DNA of 64,000 bases from Antedon mediterranea (Eukaryota; Animalia; Echinodermata). Made by a program: the position numbers and the translations under genes. The DNA lies in the NCBI RefSeq assembly GCF_964355755.1, contig NC_092673.1, positions 18,659,648-18,723,647 of the forward strand, in the 5' to 3' direction. The first letter of the stretch is position 1, and the number at the start of each line of letters is the position of its first letter. This document shows positions 1-15,000 of the stretch, piece by piece. Below the pieces are notes generated by a model, which was given only the letters and a program-made list of their open reading frames with translations, was not told the DNA's origin and did not search any database.

Positions 1-1890
1 ATGGCATCAATGTTTTTCTCAAAGCAAATTAGCCTAATAATGCCACATTTAGACACATGATTCATTGATTTCTGATATTCTGTACTTGTGTATGCATTAC
101 TAAAATAGTAGTTAATATATTTCATTTATAATGTATGTATAAACATATATTCATATTTTTTTAAACATTTTTAAATTTAAAAATTTTTACAATACCTATC
201 TACCTTTCTGATATTGTTACTATTATATATTATTTTTTGAGGCAGCAATAAAAAAAAAATTAGAACAATTAATTTGAGTTATACTGTACTATGTTAGTTC
301 AGGAGATGAAGTGTGTGTGGGCAGAAACTAGTGTGTTGGAGGTTGGTGGTGTGAGGTGTATAGTTGTCACTTTAAGATCTAAATTAGATGTTTTCTGAAG
401 AAAAGAAGTAAGCGCATACGCTTTCAAACAACTCCAAGAAGATTCACACAAAAATAATTACTTTCCAATAAAGTAGTATAACAGTGTATATTACAGTACA
501 TTGAATAAACTCGAGCGGAATAATAACGCACATAAAAAAACATTCATTTTCTTTTCGAAAAGTGCCCTCTCTAGTTTTCTATTAATTTATTAATAATTAT
601 TATTAATTAATGAGTAATATGAACATATTTTTAACATTCAATGCTGGAAGCTGGTTCTACTCCTAACAAAGTTTCATATCTCCAAATTTCATCAACGTAT
701 TCAAAGCACTTCAATATTAAATATCACATTTAACATAAAAATTCGGGTTTTGGATAGAATTTTGCTTAAAAACATATACAAAAAACATCGATAAAAAATA
801 CTTTTCGTATTCAAAAACATTTGATACTTGGTATAAATGTTCACTATAGGTTGCTCTATTCACAGAAAAAAAATTGCATTCATGAACGTTTTTTGTTGGT
901 TGTTTTTTCAAAATAGTTATTAGCTTGAAAAAAACGAGTTGGAATTGTATGGTCTTTCATAAGTGTACATTTTGTAAAAACGTAAATTTAAAAAATCAGT
1001 GATATGGCTTGATAGTTATTTTTGGTTTGCAATATGGATGGAGCAACCTATATTGAACATTTATACCAAGTATAAAATGTTTTTGAATACGAAAAGTATT
1101 TTTTATCGATGTTTTTTGTATATGTTTTTAAGCAAAATTATATCCAAAACCTGAATTTGTAATGTTAAATGTAATTTATTTAAGTGCTTTGAATACGTTG
1201 ATGAAATTTGGAGATATGAAACTTTGTTAGGAGTAGATACAGTTTCCAGCATTAAATTTTAAAAATATGTTCATATTACTCATTAATTGATAATAATTAT
1301 TAATAAATTAATAGAAAACTAGAGAGGGCACTTTTCGACAAGAAAATGAATGTTTTTTTATGTGTGTTATTATTCCGCTCGAGTTTATTCAATGTACTGT
1401 AATATACACTGTTATACTATTTTATTGGAAAGTAATTATTTTTGTGTGAATCTTCTTGGAGTTGTTTGAAAGCGTATCCGCTTACTTCTTTTCTTCAGAA
1501 AACATCTAATTTAGGTCTTAAAGTGACAACTATACACCTCACACCATCAACCTCCAACACACTAGTTTCTGCTCACACACACTTCATCTCCTGAACTAAC
1601 ATAGTACAGTATAAGTCAAATAAATTTTTTAATTTTTTTTTATTGCTGCCTCCAAAAATATTATATAATAGTAACAATATCAGAAAGGTAGATAGGTATT
1701 GTAATAATTTTTAAATTTAAAAATGTTAAAAAAAATATGAATATATGTTTATACATACATTATAAATGAAATATATTAACTACTATTTTAGTAATGCATA
1801 CACAAGTACAGAATATCAGAAATCAATGAATCATGTGTCTAAATGTGGCATTATTAGGCTAATTTGCTTTGAGAAAAACATTGATGCCAT
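1..1890. repeat. Long inverted repeat (arms ~1-856 and ~1041-1890, ~185-bp spacer); may extend left of the window
   Basis: 1-50 ATGGCATCAATGTTTTTCTC... is the exact reverse complement of 1841-1890; pairing continues with few mismatches to ...ATAGGTTGCTC(856) / (1041)GAGCAACCTAT... Confidence 0.95.
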
Positions 1891-3724
1891 TGGCCTATAC
1901 AAAAATCAAGGCAATTAGACAAAATATTTACATAAACAATTAATACTAATATTGGTAGGCATAAAATAATAGTGTATATAAACTTTCCTTAAATAATAAC
2001 AGTATAGGGCCTTACCAATTTATTTAATACATAATATATAAATAGTCAATATAATTAAATTTTAAACTCATTACCGGCATTATAAATAATATTTTAAAAA
2101 GATAAGAATGCAAGTAAATATCAGATTCATAGTCCTCATTATACACAATGATTTCCTACTATCACATATTAAAATATAAAACAATCATGTAGCCTTTAAT
2201 TTCTTTACATGGAGGTCTATTCAAATAAATTTAAATAAAAGGGTCATAATATGTCTTCGTCTCCAGTTCGTGGAAATTGAAGTTAGGATTCCATCATTTC
2301 AACAACAAAAAATATTCAAAATATCCTGCCAGTTTGCATTCAAGACCTGCAACCTGCTTAGTTTTTAATACGAGTACTGCTTTCTATACACATAACTTTG
2401 ATTTCTGCAAAAAAAAAAAAAACTCTGTAATAATGTACTTTAAATACTGTAATAATCTAGGTATAGATTATGTTGACCGGGCCAGTTAGAGGGCGTTCGA
2501 CTGTACTACCATAAGTCCTGTAGGTGTATACAACTTATTTCTTGTCTACAAAGTGTATAGTAGTATGCTAATGGTACTATTATTAGATTAGGTAGTTGGG
2601 AGTAGTTTGGAGAGATACATCTATCTATAAAAGAGTACTGTATATATGGAACTATCTGTGTTAGCCGCCTTTGTATTTTTAGATATAATACCAATAGGTA
2701 CTATGTATTGGGAAACAATTCAACAGTTATGAATAAAAAAAGTCCTATGTACTCTGTATGTTGGAGGAAATACGCATAAGAGCAAATAAAGCCTTGACCA
2801 CAGGGTGTAAGTCACTATTTTGAATCAGTAGTATGACTTCTTAAGAAGTAATTTAAAAATTATCATTGTATGATCAAAAAGAAATATTATAATATCTAAC
2901 TTTCTCCTTTATATAATAAATATATTATTTTATCCAAGGGGTGGCAAACACAAGTGTTCACATGTCTTGTTAAGTATTGCACCTTTGTCCTGTCTTTATG
3001 TTTTCTGTAATGTCACTGCACTAACGGGTGACCGGTAAACGAGCTCCGCTCTTACGGTTATCCATCCATATAAGTTGTTCATCTCTTATGTTCAGAAATT
3101 GAAATGGTAAATAAACTGAAACTGTGCTTATGTGGTACAGGTTGACGAGCCAGGAATGATGGTAGTGCCAGTATACCGTGTAGTTTAGCCTCAAGGCAAT
3201 ACCATGTAGCTGGAGTAGCTTGGACAAATACAGTAGAGATTTATGAGACTTGGTGTGTGATGATTCAGTATGATAAATTTGTGCTGTGAAAGACAAAATT
3301 GTAGAATTAGGAAGAAAATATTGTAAAATATAACAAGGAAATTATACTATAGTATAATTAAGGAGTAACCGTATAATACATAATTAATAGTAATAAAGGC
3401 AATGGCAATTACTTATATTATGTATACATTACAATAATATTACAAATAAATTCATATATTATTTTATTATGATAAGGAAATCTGTTTTAGAATGAGAAAA
3501 AGTCGTCCCAACCCAGATTTGAACCCAGCTATCAATAAAGCTATAAAACAAAATAGACCATATTGTAGCCGGACTGGGTAGCGTAGACTTACTTGAGGCC
3601 TAGGCATAGTACGATTAGCTAGAAGGATACAGGTCAACCCGTACGCATGCCATGCCAACACGCTCGTACCCAAATTTTGGTTTACATATATCCAAAATTT
3701 TGGCTTACTCGTACCCATCATGGG

Positions 3725-4035
3725 CTGCCTAGTAGTAGTAGTAGTAGTAGTAGCCTAGCCTAAGGCAGCAGGCCCGGCCCTAGCCTACTACAACTTAAGT
3801 CTAGGCCTAGCCTAGTACTAGTAGGCCTCTAGGCCTAGCCTAGGCCCTAGTAGTTAACATCATACATACGCCCTAGAGCCTAGTATATTCCTACCTACTA
3901 CTCACTAGCTAGGCCTAGGTAGTAGCAGTAGTAGTTATTGTAGTAGTATTATTGTATTGTAGTATTAGTTGTAGCTGTCCGGTGATCCTTGGTCACTTGT
4001 CTAGATCCCCTAGTAGGCCTAGGCTAGGCCTAGTA
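3725..4035. repeat. Low-complexity (TAG)n / CTAGGCCTAG-rich tract
   Basis: Runs of agtagtagt and repeated ctaggcctag / gcctag motifs. Confidence 0.8.
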
Positions 4036-4506
4036 CGTAGTTATTCTTCAACAGTCACAATTCAGATTCTGCCGGCCGCTGATTGCTAGTGAACAGGGGG
4101 AGGGAGAGAAAGAGTTAGAAGAACTGAAATAAGCCGTGACGTATAATAAACATCATACAAAATAATAATATAACTAACGAATCCGTATAATATAATAATG
4201 TTGTATGTTATAAAGTAAAGTAAATGCGTTTAATATAATACAATTATATTATAATATAATGTATTTTATTAATAATATAATATTAAATGTTCATAATATA
4301 ATGCTAAAACCAAATAATATAATACAAAAAGTCAATAATTTGTTACATTTTTCACATAATATATTAGAAATAGATATAATATAATGCTAAAACCAAGTAA
4401 TATAATGCAAAACGTATAATTCATTACAATACAATATATAATATAATAAAAAAATGATATAATAATATAATATTTTGAATACTTCAGACAGCTGAGGCTT
4501 GCCATA

Positions 4507-7397
4507 GATGATGGAGGTATGACCTGCATGCACTGATTAACAACATTAGGCTAAAAATAATAATATAAATACACACTGATGATGGAGGTGTAACCTGCAT
4601 GTACTGATTAACAACATTAGGCTAAAAATAATAATATAAATACACACTGATGATGGGGGTATAACTTGCATGTACTGATTAACCACATTAGGCTAAAAAT
4701 AATAATAGAAATACACACTGATGATGGAGGTATAACCTGCATGCACTGATTAACCACATTAGGCTAAAAATAATAATATAAATACACACTGATGATGGAG
4801 GTATAACCTGCATGCACTGATTAACAACATTAGGCTAAAAATAATAATATAAATACACACTGATGATGGAGGTATAACCTGCATGCACTGATTAACAACA
4901 TTAGGCTAAAAATAATAATATAAATACACACTGATGATGGAGGTATAACCTGCATGCACTGATTAACCACATTAGGCTAAAATAATAATATAAATACACA
5001 CTGATGATGGAGGTATAACCTGCATGTACTGATTAACAACATTAGGCTAAAAATAATAATATAAATACACACTGATGATGGAGGTATAACCTGCATGCAC
5101 TGATTAACAACATTAGGCTAAAAATAATAATATAAATACACACTGATGATGGAGGTATAACCTGCATGCACTGATTAACCACATTCTAGGCTAAAAATAA
5201 TAATATAAATACACACTGATGATGGAGGTATAACCTGCATGCACTGATTAACAACATTAGGCAAAAAATAATAATATAAATACACACTGATGATGGAGGT
5301 ATAACCTGCATGCACTGATTAACCACATTAGGCTAAAAATAATAATATAAATACACACTAATTATGGATGTATAACCTGCATGCACTGATTAACCACATT
5401 AGGCTAAAAATAATAATATAAATACACACTGATGATGGAGGTATAACCTGCATGTACTGATTAACAACATTAGGCTAAAAATAATAATATAAATACACAC
5501 TGATGATGGGGGTATAACTTGCATGTACTGATTAACCACATTAGGCTAAAAATAATAATATAAATACACACTGATGATGGAGGTATAACCTGCATGCACT
5601 GATTAACCACATTAGGCTAAAAATAATAATATAAATACACACTGATGGTGGAGGTATAACCTGCATGCACTGATTAACAACATTAGGCTAAAAATAATAA
5701 TATAAATACACACTGATGATGGAGGTATGACCTGCATGCACTGATTAACAACATTAGGCTAAAAATAATAATATAAATACACACTGATGATGGAGGTGTA
5801 ACCTGCATGTACTGATTAACAACATTAGGCTAAAAATAATAATATAAATACACACTGATGATGGAGGTATAACCTGCATGCACTGATTAACCACATTAGG
5901 CTAAAAATAATAATATAAATACACACTGATGGTGGAGGTATAACCTGCATGCACTGATTAACAACATTAGGCTAAAAATAATAATATAAATACACACTGA
6001 TGATGGAGGTATGACCTGCATGCACTGATTAACAACATTAGGCTAAAAATAATAATATAAATACACACTGATGATGGAGGTGTAACCTGCATGTACTGAT
6101 TAACAACATTAGGCTAAAAATAATAATATAAATACACACTGATGATGGGGGTATAACTTGCATGTACTGATTAACCACATTAGGCTAAAAATAATAATAG
6201 AAATACACACTGATGATGGAGGTATAACCTGCATGCACTGATTAACCACATTAGGCTAAAAATAATAATATAAATACACACTGATGATGGAGGTATAACC
6301 TGCATGCACTGATTAACAACATTAGGCTAAAAATAATAATATAAATACACACTGATGATGGAGGTATAACCTGCATGCACTGATTAACAACATTAGGCTA
6401 AAAATAATAATATAAATACACACTGATGATGGAGGTATAACCTGCATGCACTGATTAACCACATTAGGCTAAAATAATAATATAAATACACACTGATGAT
6501 GGAGGTATAACCTGCATGTACTGATTAACAACATTAGGCTAAAAATAATAATATAAATACACACTGATGATGGAGGTATAACCTGCATGCACTGATTAAC
6601 AACATTAGGCTAAAAATAATAATATAAATACACACTGATGATGGAGGTATAACCTGCATGCACTGATTAACCACATTCTAGGCTAAAAATAATAATATAA
6701 ATACACACTGATGATGGAGGTATAACCTGCATGCACTGATTAACAACATTAGGCAAAAAATAATAATATAAATACACACTGATGATGGAGGTATAACCTG
6801 CATGCACTGATTAACCACATTAGGCTAAAAAATAATAATATAAATACACACTGATGATAGAGGTATAACCTGCATGTACTGAAACCACATTAGGCTAAAA
6901 ATAATAATATAAATACACACTGATGATGGAGGTATAACCTGCATGTACTGATTAACAACATTAGGCTAAAAATAATAATATAAATACACACTGATGATGG
7001 GGGTATAACCTGCATGTACTGATTAACAACATTAGGCTAAAAATAATAATATAAATACACACTGATGATGGAGGTATAACCTGCATGCACTGATTAACCA
7101 CATTAGGCTAAAAATAATAATATAAATACACACTGATGATGGAGGTATAACCTGCATGCACTGATTAACCACATTAGGCTAAAAATAATAATATAAATAC
7201 GCACTGATGATGGAGGTATAACCTGCATGCACTGATTAACCACATTAGGCTAAAAATAATAATATAAATACACACTGATGATAGAGGTATAACCTGCATG
7301 TACCGATTAATCACATTAGGCTAAAAATAATAATATAAATACACACTGATGATGGGGGTATAACCTGCATGCACTGATTAACCACATTAGGCTAAAA
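4507..7397. repeat. 71-bp tandem satellite, ~41 copies
   Basis: Unit GATGATGGAGGTATAACCTGCATGCACTGATTAACAACATTAGGCTAAAAATAATAATATAAATACACACT starts at 4507, 4578, ...; head-to-tail with no spacers. Confidence 0.98.
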
Positions 7398-8783
7398 ACT
7401 AGATTTGAACTCGTCACTTTGACGAGTTAGTTATCCGCACGACAAACGGCACGCGCACGTCATACGTTGGAATTTTGCACACGGAAAAAGATTATGGCAT
7501 TTTGACCTGAATTTAAGAATATCATATGCTGTTAGTGCTGAATTCTGTCAATTTTGTGTCATATAGTATATACAGTGCAAACGGTATAATCTGTATACAT
7601 GTTACATACAGTGTAGAATAGGTGAAATTACGGGACCCCACGTTTATTCTTATTTTTAACATGGCGACGGTATCAAAATGAAACACTAAGATAGCAATTT
7701 CGGAAAGACATTATCTCAGCAACCACATATTAATGTGTAGAAGAAATTTGAGTACGTAAAATATAGATGTGCGGCCTTTTAAATGTGATGAACTATTACG
7801 CGAAATATGAAAATACGACTTTTTTTATTCAACTGGCCACATGATGACGTCACAACATCCGATTGGAAAAATGTTTGACGTCATAAAAATTAAAATATGT
7901 TTAACTCAAGTGAAAGATAGTTGATTGACCTAGATAATATAAAAATCGGGGTGAAAATGGAAAACAGATAATTGGAGATGCGCTCTATTAAATGTGATGA
8001 GCTATGATGAAAGATACAAAAATCCTATATTTTATATTCGCGTGGCCCCACGATGACGTCACAATGTCCGGTTAGCCATATTAATGCATGATCCAATATC
8101 TACAATTCATCAACTTCCAGAATATGTAATAAAAACAACTTTCACCGTTTAGTTTAGGAACTACGACTGTTTAAAAAAAGGCATAATTTTGAAGAATTTT
8201 TGAACTTTTTCATCAAAAACCTGGGCAAATTATCAAATTCTACGTGCTCGTATGACATGATTTTAAGTCGAAATTGTTTAAAAATTGGTAAAATTACTAG
8301 AAAAGGCTGGAAAAACATAAATCGTGAGAAAAAATATTTTCTCTTGCGCTACGTGCGCACGCGCGCGTAAAAAAATTGCTCGCGCTTGGGAATTTTTTAA
8401 ATGCTTAAAATGACATGAAACGCATAGAAAGTTGATTAGAAATTGATTTTTCGCATTTTCAAATTTTAAATGCGCGTGCCATTTTTTTTCTACATACAGT
8501 TAGCGCAAGATATAAATTAAACTTTTGCTAAGTTTCAATTTAAATTGTTGAATGGTTTTTGATCTATGTTAAAAACGCGAAATTCATAAAAACGCACGTA
8601 AGTCACATTGCGCAACTCTGACGTCATTCAAAAATAGGAGGTGCACAACTTCACGTGAATGCCCATATGTCGACAAAGTTATGAAATGTTATGTTAACAC
8701 GTTTTAGAGATATGCTCTGCACAAAAAGTGAGAGAGAAAGACCGAAGAATAATGTGAAAAACTAGATTTGAACTCGTCACTTT
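7398..8783 (-). mobile_element. Helentron-type non-autonomous element (HINE family 1): one copy lacking its adjacent 5' end, plus a truncated second 3' end at 8761
   Basis: On + strand: ACTAG, hairpin AACTCGTCA-ctt-TGACGAGTT, subterminal repeat AGTTATCCGC; body homologous to the copies at 14724-24658. Confidence 0.8.
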
Positions 8784-9040
8784 ATAGAAAAATAGAAACT
8801 TTTTTCAAAAAATTACCATAAATTAAGCTTTTTTGACCCTTGACCTCTAATGTTTGAATATGTCAATATCTCGGTAACTATTTGTCCTAAAAAGTTCAGT
8901 TTGGTGTCAAATTGTTTAGAATATACACATTTATATTTGCTCTAACAAAATATTTTGTCAGAATTCAATTGGAAATGTCATTTTGAGCTATGACCCATCG
9001 TTTTGCATATAATAGCAATTAATAATCTATAAAAAGAGAT

Positions 9041-9298
9041 CGAGAGAGGGGAGGGGGTTGGGGTGGATGGAGAGACACATATTTTTGTTACATGTTACAC
9101 AAATGTTAAACTCTGTCTACACTATAACATTTTTATGCGACAAAAAAATGTGATGTGCCCATATATGGACACGATGAATGACATATCACTACCATATTTG
9201 GGCACATCACACCTTTTTTGTTAAACTAGTTTATAGTGTAGACAAACATGTAAAAAATATGTTTCTCTCCATCACCCCAACCACCTCCCCCTCTCTCG
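9041..9298. repeat. Imperfect ~260-bp palindrome (MITE-like)
   Basis: CGAGAGAGGGGAGGGGGTTGGGG...GTGATGTGCCCATATATGG pairs with CCATATTTGGGCACATCAC...CCCCAACCACCTCCCCCTCTCTCG. Confidence 0.75.
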
Positions 9299-10399
9299 CT
9301 TTTCCAATGCTACTGCATGCATCTATACACATCAAAATGACCGGAATTGTACTGGAAAGTTTTTAGCTACATTTGAAAATAAGTCCCAGAGGATGGGTGT
9401 ATTGTAATGTTATCAGAATTATGGCAATTGTTTGTAGTGGGAAAGTTTTAAAACTACATTTGAAATATTTGCTAATAATATCACATGCTATTAAAGATAT
9501 ACTTATTTTCCCCCTGACAAAAGTAATTTTGACAAATATTTTGGTTGAATATGCAATTTTAATGTCACACATAATAGTTTCACCAAAAATTGGATTGAAA
9601 AAAAATGATATAGTGCATACCCAAAAAAACTGTAATTCAAAGCAAAAAATAGGCTGGAAGTCAATAGTGGGGTTCACATGGAACATATATGTCTAGAAGA
9701 AGTGGATTTAACAATTTTCTACTAACTGGACTAACCTTGACAAATCCCGTTCTTTGGTACAATTACCGGTATGTCTAGTTAATTAAATTTCATAAAATCC
9801 TGGTATTGGAGATTTTAAATGCTATTTTATGTAAAAAAAAAATCATCTATTTCTTTTATTTATCCCGATGTTGTTTACTTTTAACTTCTGATTACAAACA
9901 ATTGGTCATTTTACTTTCTGTGTTAAATTTTGTATTCTATTTTTCAGTATAGTAAATATTTTAGGCCTACCATCTTCTAATATCTATTAGACCTCTGTCC
10001 TCGTCAGACATAGTTCATTTAATTTTTTAGGACATTTTATGGGGTACACAATGAAGAATGACCATATTCTTTGCAATTCAAATGTTAAATATGAAAATGA
10101 AATGGGTTAAAAAATTCTTCAATTTCATTGGTGCAAATGAGGCTAAAGGCCACCCGCTGGGTTGTTAATTGGATTACCCTCATAAAATAACTGGCTATCC
10201 TTGGATTTACTTCTAAATCCAAGCAGCAATAATTGTCCAGAAAAAAAACATCATCCGGACATAATTGAGCGTTCACATCCAAATTATGGTGAGATCATGT
10301 AGATAATCTACTTAAATTAACTAGCCATAGTTCGATGTGAACGCCACTACTGTTTATTTTGTCTTTAAAGTGATATTTACTCTATTTTTTAGATTAGCT

Positions 10400-11000
10400 C
10401 TTTGATTAAACACCTCTTCCAATGCAGTGAAGATCTTAAGTGTCGCCTTACTAATCTTCCTTAACTTCTCTTTGAACGATCGTAATCAATATTTGTTGAG
10501 GTATAATATTTCCCTCTAATATGGTAATGCCTGTTTCATTGAGTCAAATGCTTTCTGATAATCTCTAAATCAAAGATTTGGTGATATTCATTTCCTTTTT
10601 ATTTTAGTTGATTGACAAACTGTATAAGATGGTACTGTATAAAGCCTTATATATTGGTTTATTTACTTCTAGTCGGTCTCTGATTTTGTTTTTTGATTAC
10701 TTTTGTAAATTATGTGTGTACATGTGATAATGTTCGTTTGGTCGGTAATGGTTGATGTCAGTTTTGTCATGTTTTTGTGGATTAAAGTATAATTATCATT
10801 GCTTCTCTTAATTTCTTCTGGTTTCAAAGATTTTGTTGTATAGTGTTATGAGCTGGATGTGTTATTGCCTCATCAAGCCAAGATGGTAATTTTGACTGCT
10901 CACTGGTTTGTTTTCCTTTTATATTCCACTACAGTATGTTCTTGAAAAGAAATCAGCTTTGTAATTAATTTGTCTTTGATCCTTTTCAGATTTCTAATAT
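10400..11000 (-). mobile_element. Highly degenerate non-LTR retrotransposon (LINE) remnant; boundaries approximate
   Basis: Minus strand near 10563-10540 translates DYQKAFDSM, matching the LINE reverse-transcriptase DxxKAFDSV motif; surrounding frames are disrupted. Confidence 0.45.
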
Positions 11001-11394
11001 TTTAAACATATGTTTTTCTTTTCTTCGCTTTTTCCTCACTTTTTCCTCACTGTTTAAACATTTTATTTTTTCAGCATACTTCAAGCAATTAGGTCATATG
11101 TTTTATGAGTATCAAATCACATTGGTTAATTATTCTTTTCTTTCTTTAAGATCCTGATTTTCTTTCTTTTTTTAAAATGTTATTTAAGTTTTAAGTTTAT
11201 CTAATTTTTTGTTGATATTAAGTGTTGCTCTTACGGTGTAGGCCTACCATGCGATGGAATTATATATTGAAATTAAATTAAACATTAAGTTTTAAGAAAA
11301 TTGTAAAAGGCTAAATAGGATATTGAATGTAGTTCTGGTCCATTAAATCTATATTTTAGGTATATTATTATAAGTATGACACACGCACGCTTAA

Positions 11395-12018
11395 AGCCCC
11401 ATTCCCTACGTTTTTTAGATCTAATTTAAGATCACAAACTATATTTAATGTAAAAATAATACTATATGGTCCTATTGCAATAACTTTTTTCGTTTTTAAA
11501 CGGTTAAAAATGTGAAAAATAAATCGATTCTAATAATTATAGCGGCCCGCTATAAATCCCAAAATGCATTGCGCGCGGATTGATATTTTTGTTTTTCACC
11601 TGTAATTCGCCCACTTTTCGATCGATCGTGAAGCCAAAACAAATGGAAGACTCCTAACTTTTCAGCGAAAATACCGGGTTTTCCCCAATTTGTATCAACG
11701 GAGTCTGGCAAAAATAGAAAGACAATTAATGCAGCAACTATACAACGTCAGGCTAGGTATATAGCTAGCGTACGATGTTCGTATGTTATCGATGTTTACC
11801 AGCTAGGCCTACAAAACTAAGCCTAGCTAGGCTAGGCCTAAGACCGTCCACGAGAGGTCGATCGCCGCGAGCTATTTAGGTAGTGCATTGTTTCTCACTT
11901 TTTATCATAATTTACCATAAAACGTACATTTAAGACAAGGAATGACATGGTTTAATGTTTTTAAAGTGATATATGTATTATTTTTCAAAAAACGTCCAAA
12001 ATTGCAGGGAAGGGGTCT
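11395..12018. mobile_element. Kolobok-like non-autonomous DNA transposon
   Basis: TTAA on both sides (11391-11394, 12019-12022); imperfect TIR AGCCCCATTCCC / GGGAAGGGGTCT (10/12 match); superfamily inferred from TTAA + AG termini. Confidence 0.5.
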
Positions 12019-15000
12019 TTAACAGTATATCCTGGTCATACCTCAAACTGGCATTTCCAGTAAAAATATGATAACATCTTCTATTAGAGCTAATATAAAT
12101 GTTTACATTTTGAACATTTTGACACCAAATTGAACTTTTTATGACATTTGGTTACAGAGATACAGACATATTTAAACATTAAAGGTCAAAGGTCAGTAAA
12201 TGACATTTCCTGTGGATTTGGAAGAACATGTTTAATTAGAGTATATATAAATATGTATGCTCTTAACAATTTGAAACAAATTTCAAGAAATTTTGACCAG
12301 TAGTTATTGAGATATAGTAAGCCGAAGTCAAAGGTCAAAACATTGAGAAATTACATTTCCGGTCGTTTTTTTGAAAAAAGTTCTATTAGAACGAATATAA
12401 ATATGTACCCTCTGATCTATTTGACATCAATATCATTTCAATTGTCAAACCCGTTGCGGAGATATGGCTGTTTAAGATAGAAATATAAAAATTGAGGTCA
12501 GAGGTCACAGAGGTCAAATCAGATTTCCAGTAACTTTGTTTTGGTATCTCCATATCATGTTCTATCAACATGCCAAAGGGCACACTTGTATCCACTATGG
12601 TAACATCATTTCCCCTTAGGGACTGGACTATATATCTACAACTCATCACCTTCCAGAATATGTAAGTAAAAAAAAGTTTACCTCGTAGTTTAGAATCTAT
12701 GATTGTTTAAAAAAAGGCATAATTTTGACGAATTTTTGAATTATTTCTTTAAAAACACACACAAATTGTATAATTCGACGTGCTCGTATGACGTAATTTT
12801 AAGTCTAAATTGTTTTAAAATTTGATAAAAATACTATAAAAGGCTGGAAAGACATAATTCACGCAAAAAAAGATGTTTTTAGCGCTACGTGTGGACCACG
12901 CGCGTAAAATTGTTCGCGCGCGTGGGAATTTTTGACATGCTCAAAATGTCATGATCAGCGTAGAAAGTTGATTAGAAATTAATTTTGCGCATTTTAAATT
13001 TTAAATGCGCGTGCGCGTAACTTCGTTTAAAAAATGCCATTTTTAGTGCACAAAAAGTTAGCGCAAGATATAAATTAAACTTTTGCTAAGTTTCAACTTA
13101 CATAGTTATATGGTTTTCAAAATAGAGGAGAAATGCGCGTGCGCGCGTAACGTCTTGTAAAACATGGCATTTTTAATCCACAAAAAGTTTGCCCTTGATA
13201 TGACTTAAATTTTCAGAAAGTGTCAAAATAAAATTATGCTTGGTTTTTAGCCTATGATCAATCATAAAAAATCATAAAATCGCACGTAAGTCACATTGCG
13301 CAACTCTGACGTCATTCAAAATAGGAGGTTCACAACTTCACGTAAATTCCCATATGTTGACAAAGTTATGAAATGTTATGTTTACAAGTTTTTGAGATAC
13401 GCGAGACACAAAAATGGAGGAGAAAGAAAGAAGAATAATATAAAGAAAAAAAAAAGATCCAGGACGATTACAAGGAGTTATCCGCTACTAAGCGGATAAC
13501 TAATAAAGAAAAAAAAAAGAAAAGATCCTTACAATAACAAGGGCTTATCCGCTTGAGGCGGATAACCAACTAGATTTGAACTCGTCACTTTGACGAGTTC
13601 AGGTTATCCGCGCAAACGCAATATGCACATACTTAACCATATGAACCTCGACAATTATTATGCCATCCTATGACATGAAATACATGTTTACAGTACTGAA
13701 TTGTACCTATTATATAGCATACATTATATTACAGTATTTTACAGAATAAACTGTATATGTTATATACAGTGTAGCATAGACAAAATTACGAGACCCATCT
13801 TTTAAATCCAATTATTAACACGATGACGTCATCAAATTGACATATAAAGATAACAATTTTAGAAGATAATTATCTAATTAATTACATTAAAACAAATTTG
13901 AAAAATTTTGGCCACGTAAAAGTGAGATGCGCTCTATTTAATGTGATGAGCAATAACGAAAGAGTAAAACATCCTATATTTTACATTCGTGTGGCCATAC
14001 GATGACGTCATAACATCCGAGGGGTAAATATTCTGCATGAATTCATATCTACAACAAATCTGCTTACATATCAAATTAAAAAAATTGGGGGTCATGGATG
14101 ATCCTGAGGAGCTATAATAGATTTAAAAAAAGCATAATTTTGACAATATTTTGTCACTTTTGCAACTAAAATGCGCGCAAATTGTCTAAATCAACGTGTT
14201 CGTATGACGTCATTTTAATTTGAAATGATGTCAATCTTTTTTAAAATGACTAGGAAAGGCTGTAAAATTATAATTCAAGAGAAAAACACACGATTTTTAT
14301 GCTCCGTGCGCACCTTACACGTAATTTTTTTCGCGCGCGTGGGAATTTTTGACATGCTCAAAATGTCATGATCAGCGTAGAAAGTTGATTAGAAATTAAT
14401 TTTGCGCATTTTGAAATTTTAAATGCGCGTGCGCGCGTAACTTTTTGTGAAACATGCCATTTTTAATCCATAGAAAGTTTGCTCTTGATATGACTTAAAT
14501 TTTCACCAAGCGTCAATATTAAATGACTTTTGGTTTTTAATCTATGATCAATCATTGAAATTCATAAAATTGCGCGTAACTTACGCTGCGCGACTCTAAA
14601 GTAAAAAAACGAAATGTCCTGCACTTCTACAGTTAAAGGTCAATCTTCTGACAAAATTATACGATGTAATGTTGATAAGAATTTGAGATACACGTGACAC
14701 AAAATTCTGGGAAAGAAAGAAGAACTAGACATGAAACTCGTCACTTTGACGAGTTAGTTATCCGCACGACAAACGCCACGTGCACGTCATACGTTGGGAT
14801 ATTGGACACAGAAAAAGATTATGGCATTATGACCTGAACTGAAGAATATGATATGTTGTTATTACTGAATTCTGTTATTTTGTGTCATATAGTATACACA
14901 GTACAATCTGTATACATATCACATACAGTGTAGAATAGATGAAATTGCGGGACCTGCTATTTATTCCAATTTTTAAAATGTTGACGGTTTCAAAATGAAA

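Noticed and set aside
4507-7397. CRISPR array or C/D-box snoRNA array (each unit has TGATGA and CTGA)
   Set aside because: No unique spacers and no cas genes in a eukaryotic context; the C and D boxes of adjacent units overlap with no terminal stem or spacer, so this is a plain satellite
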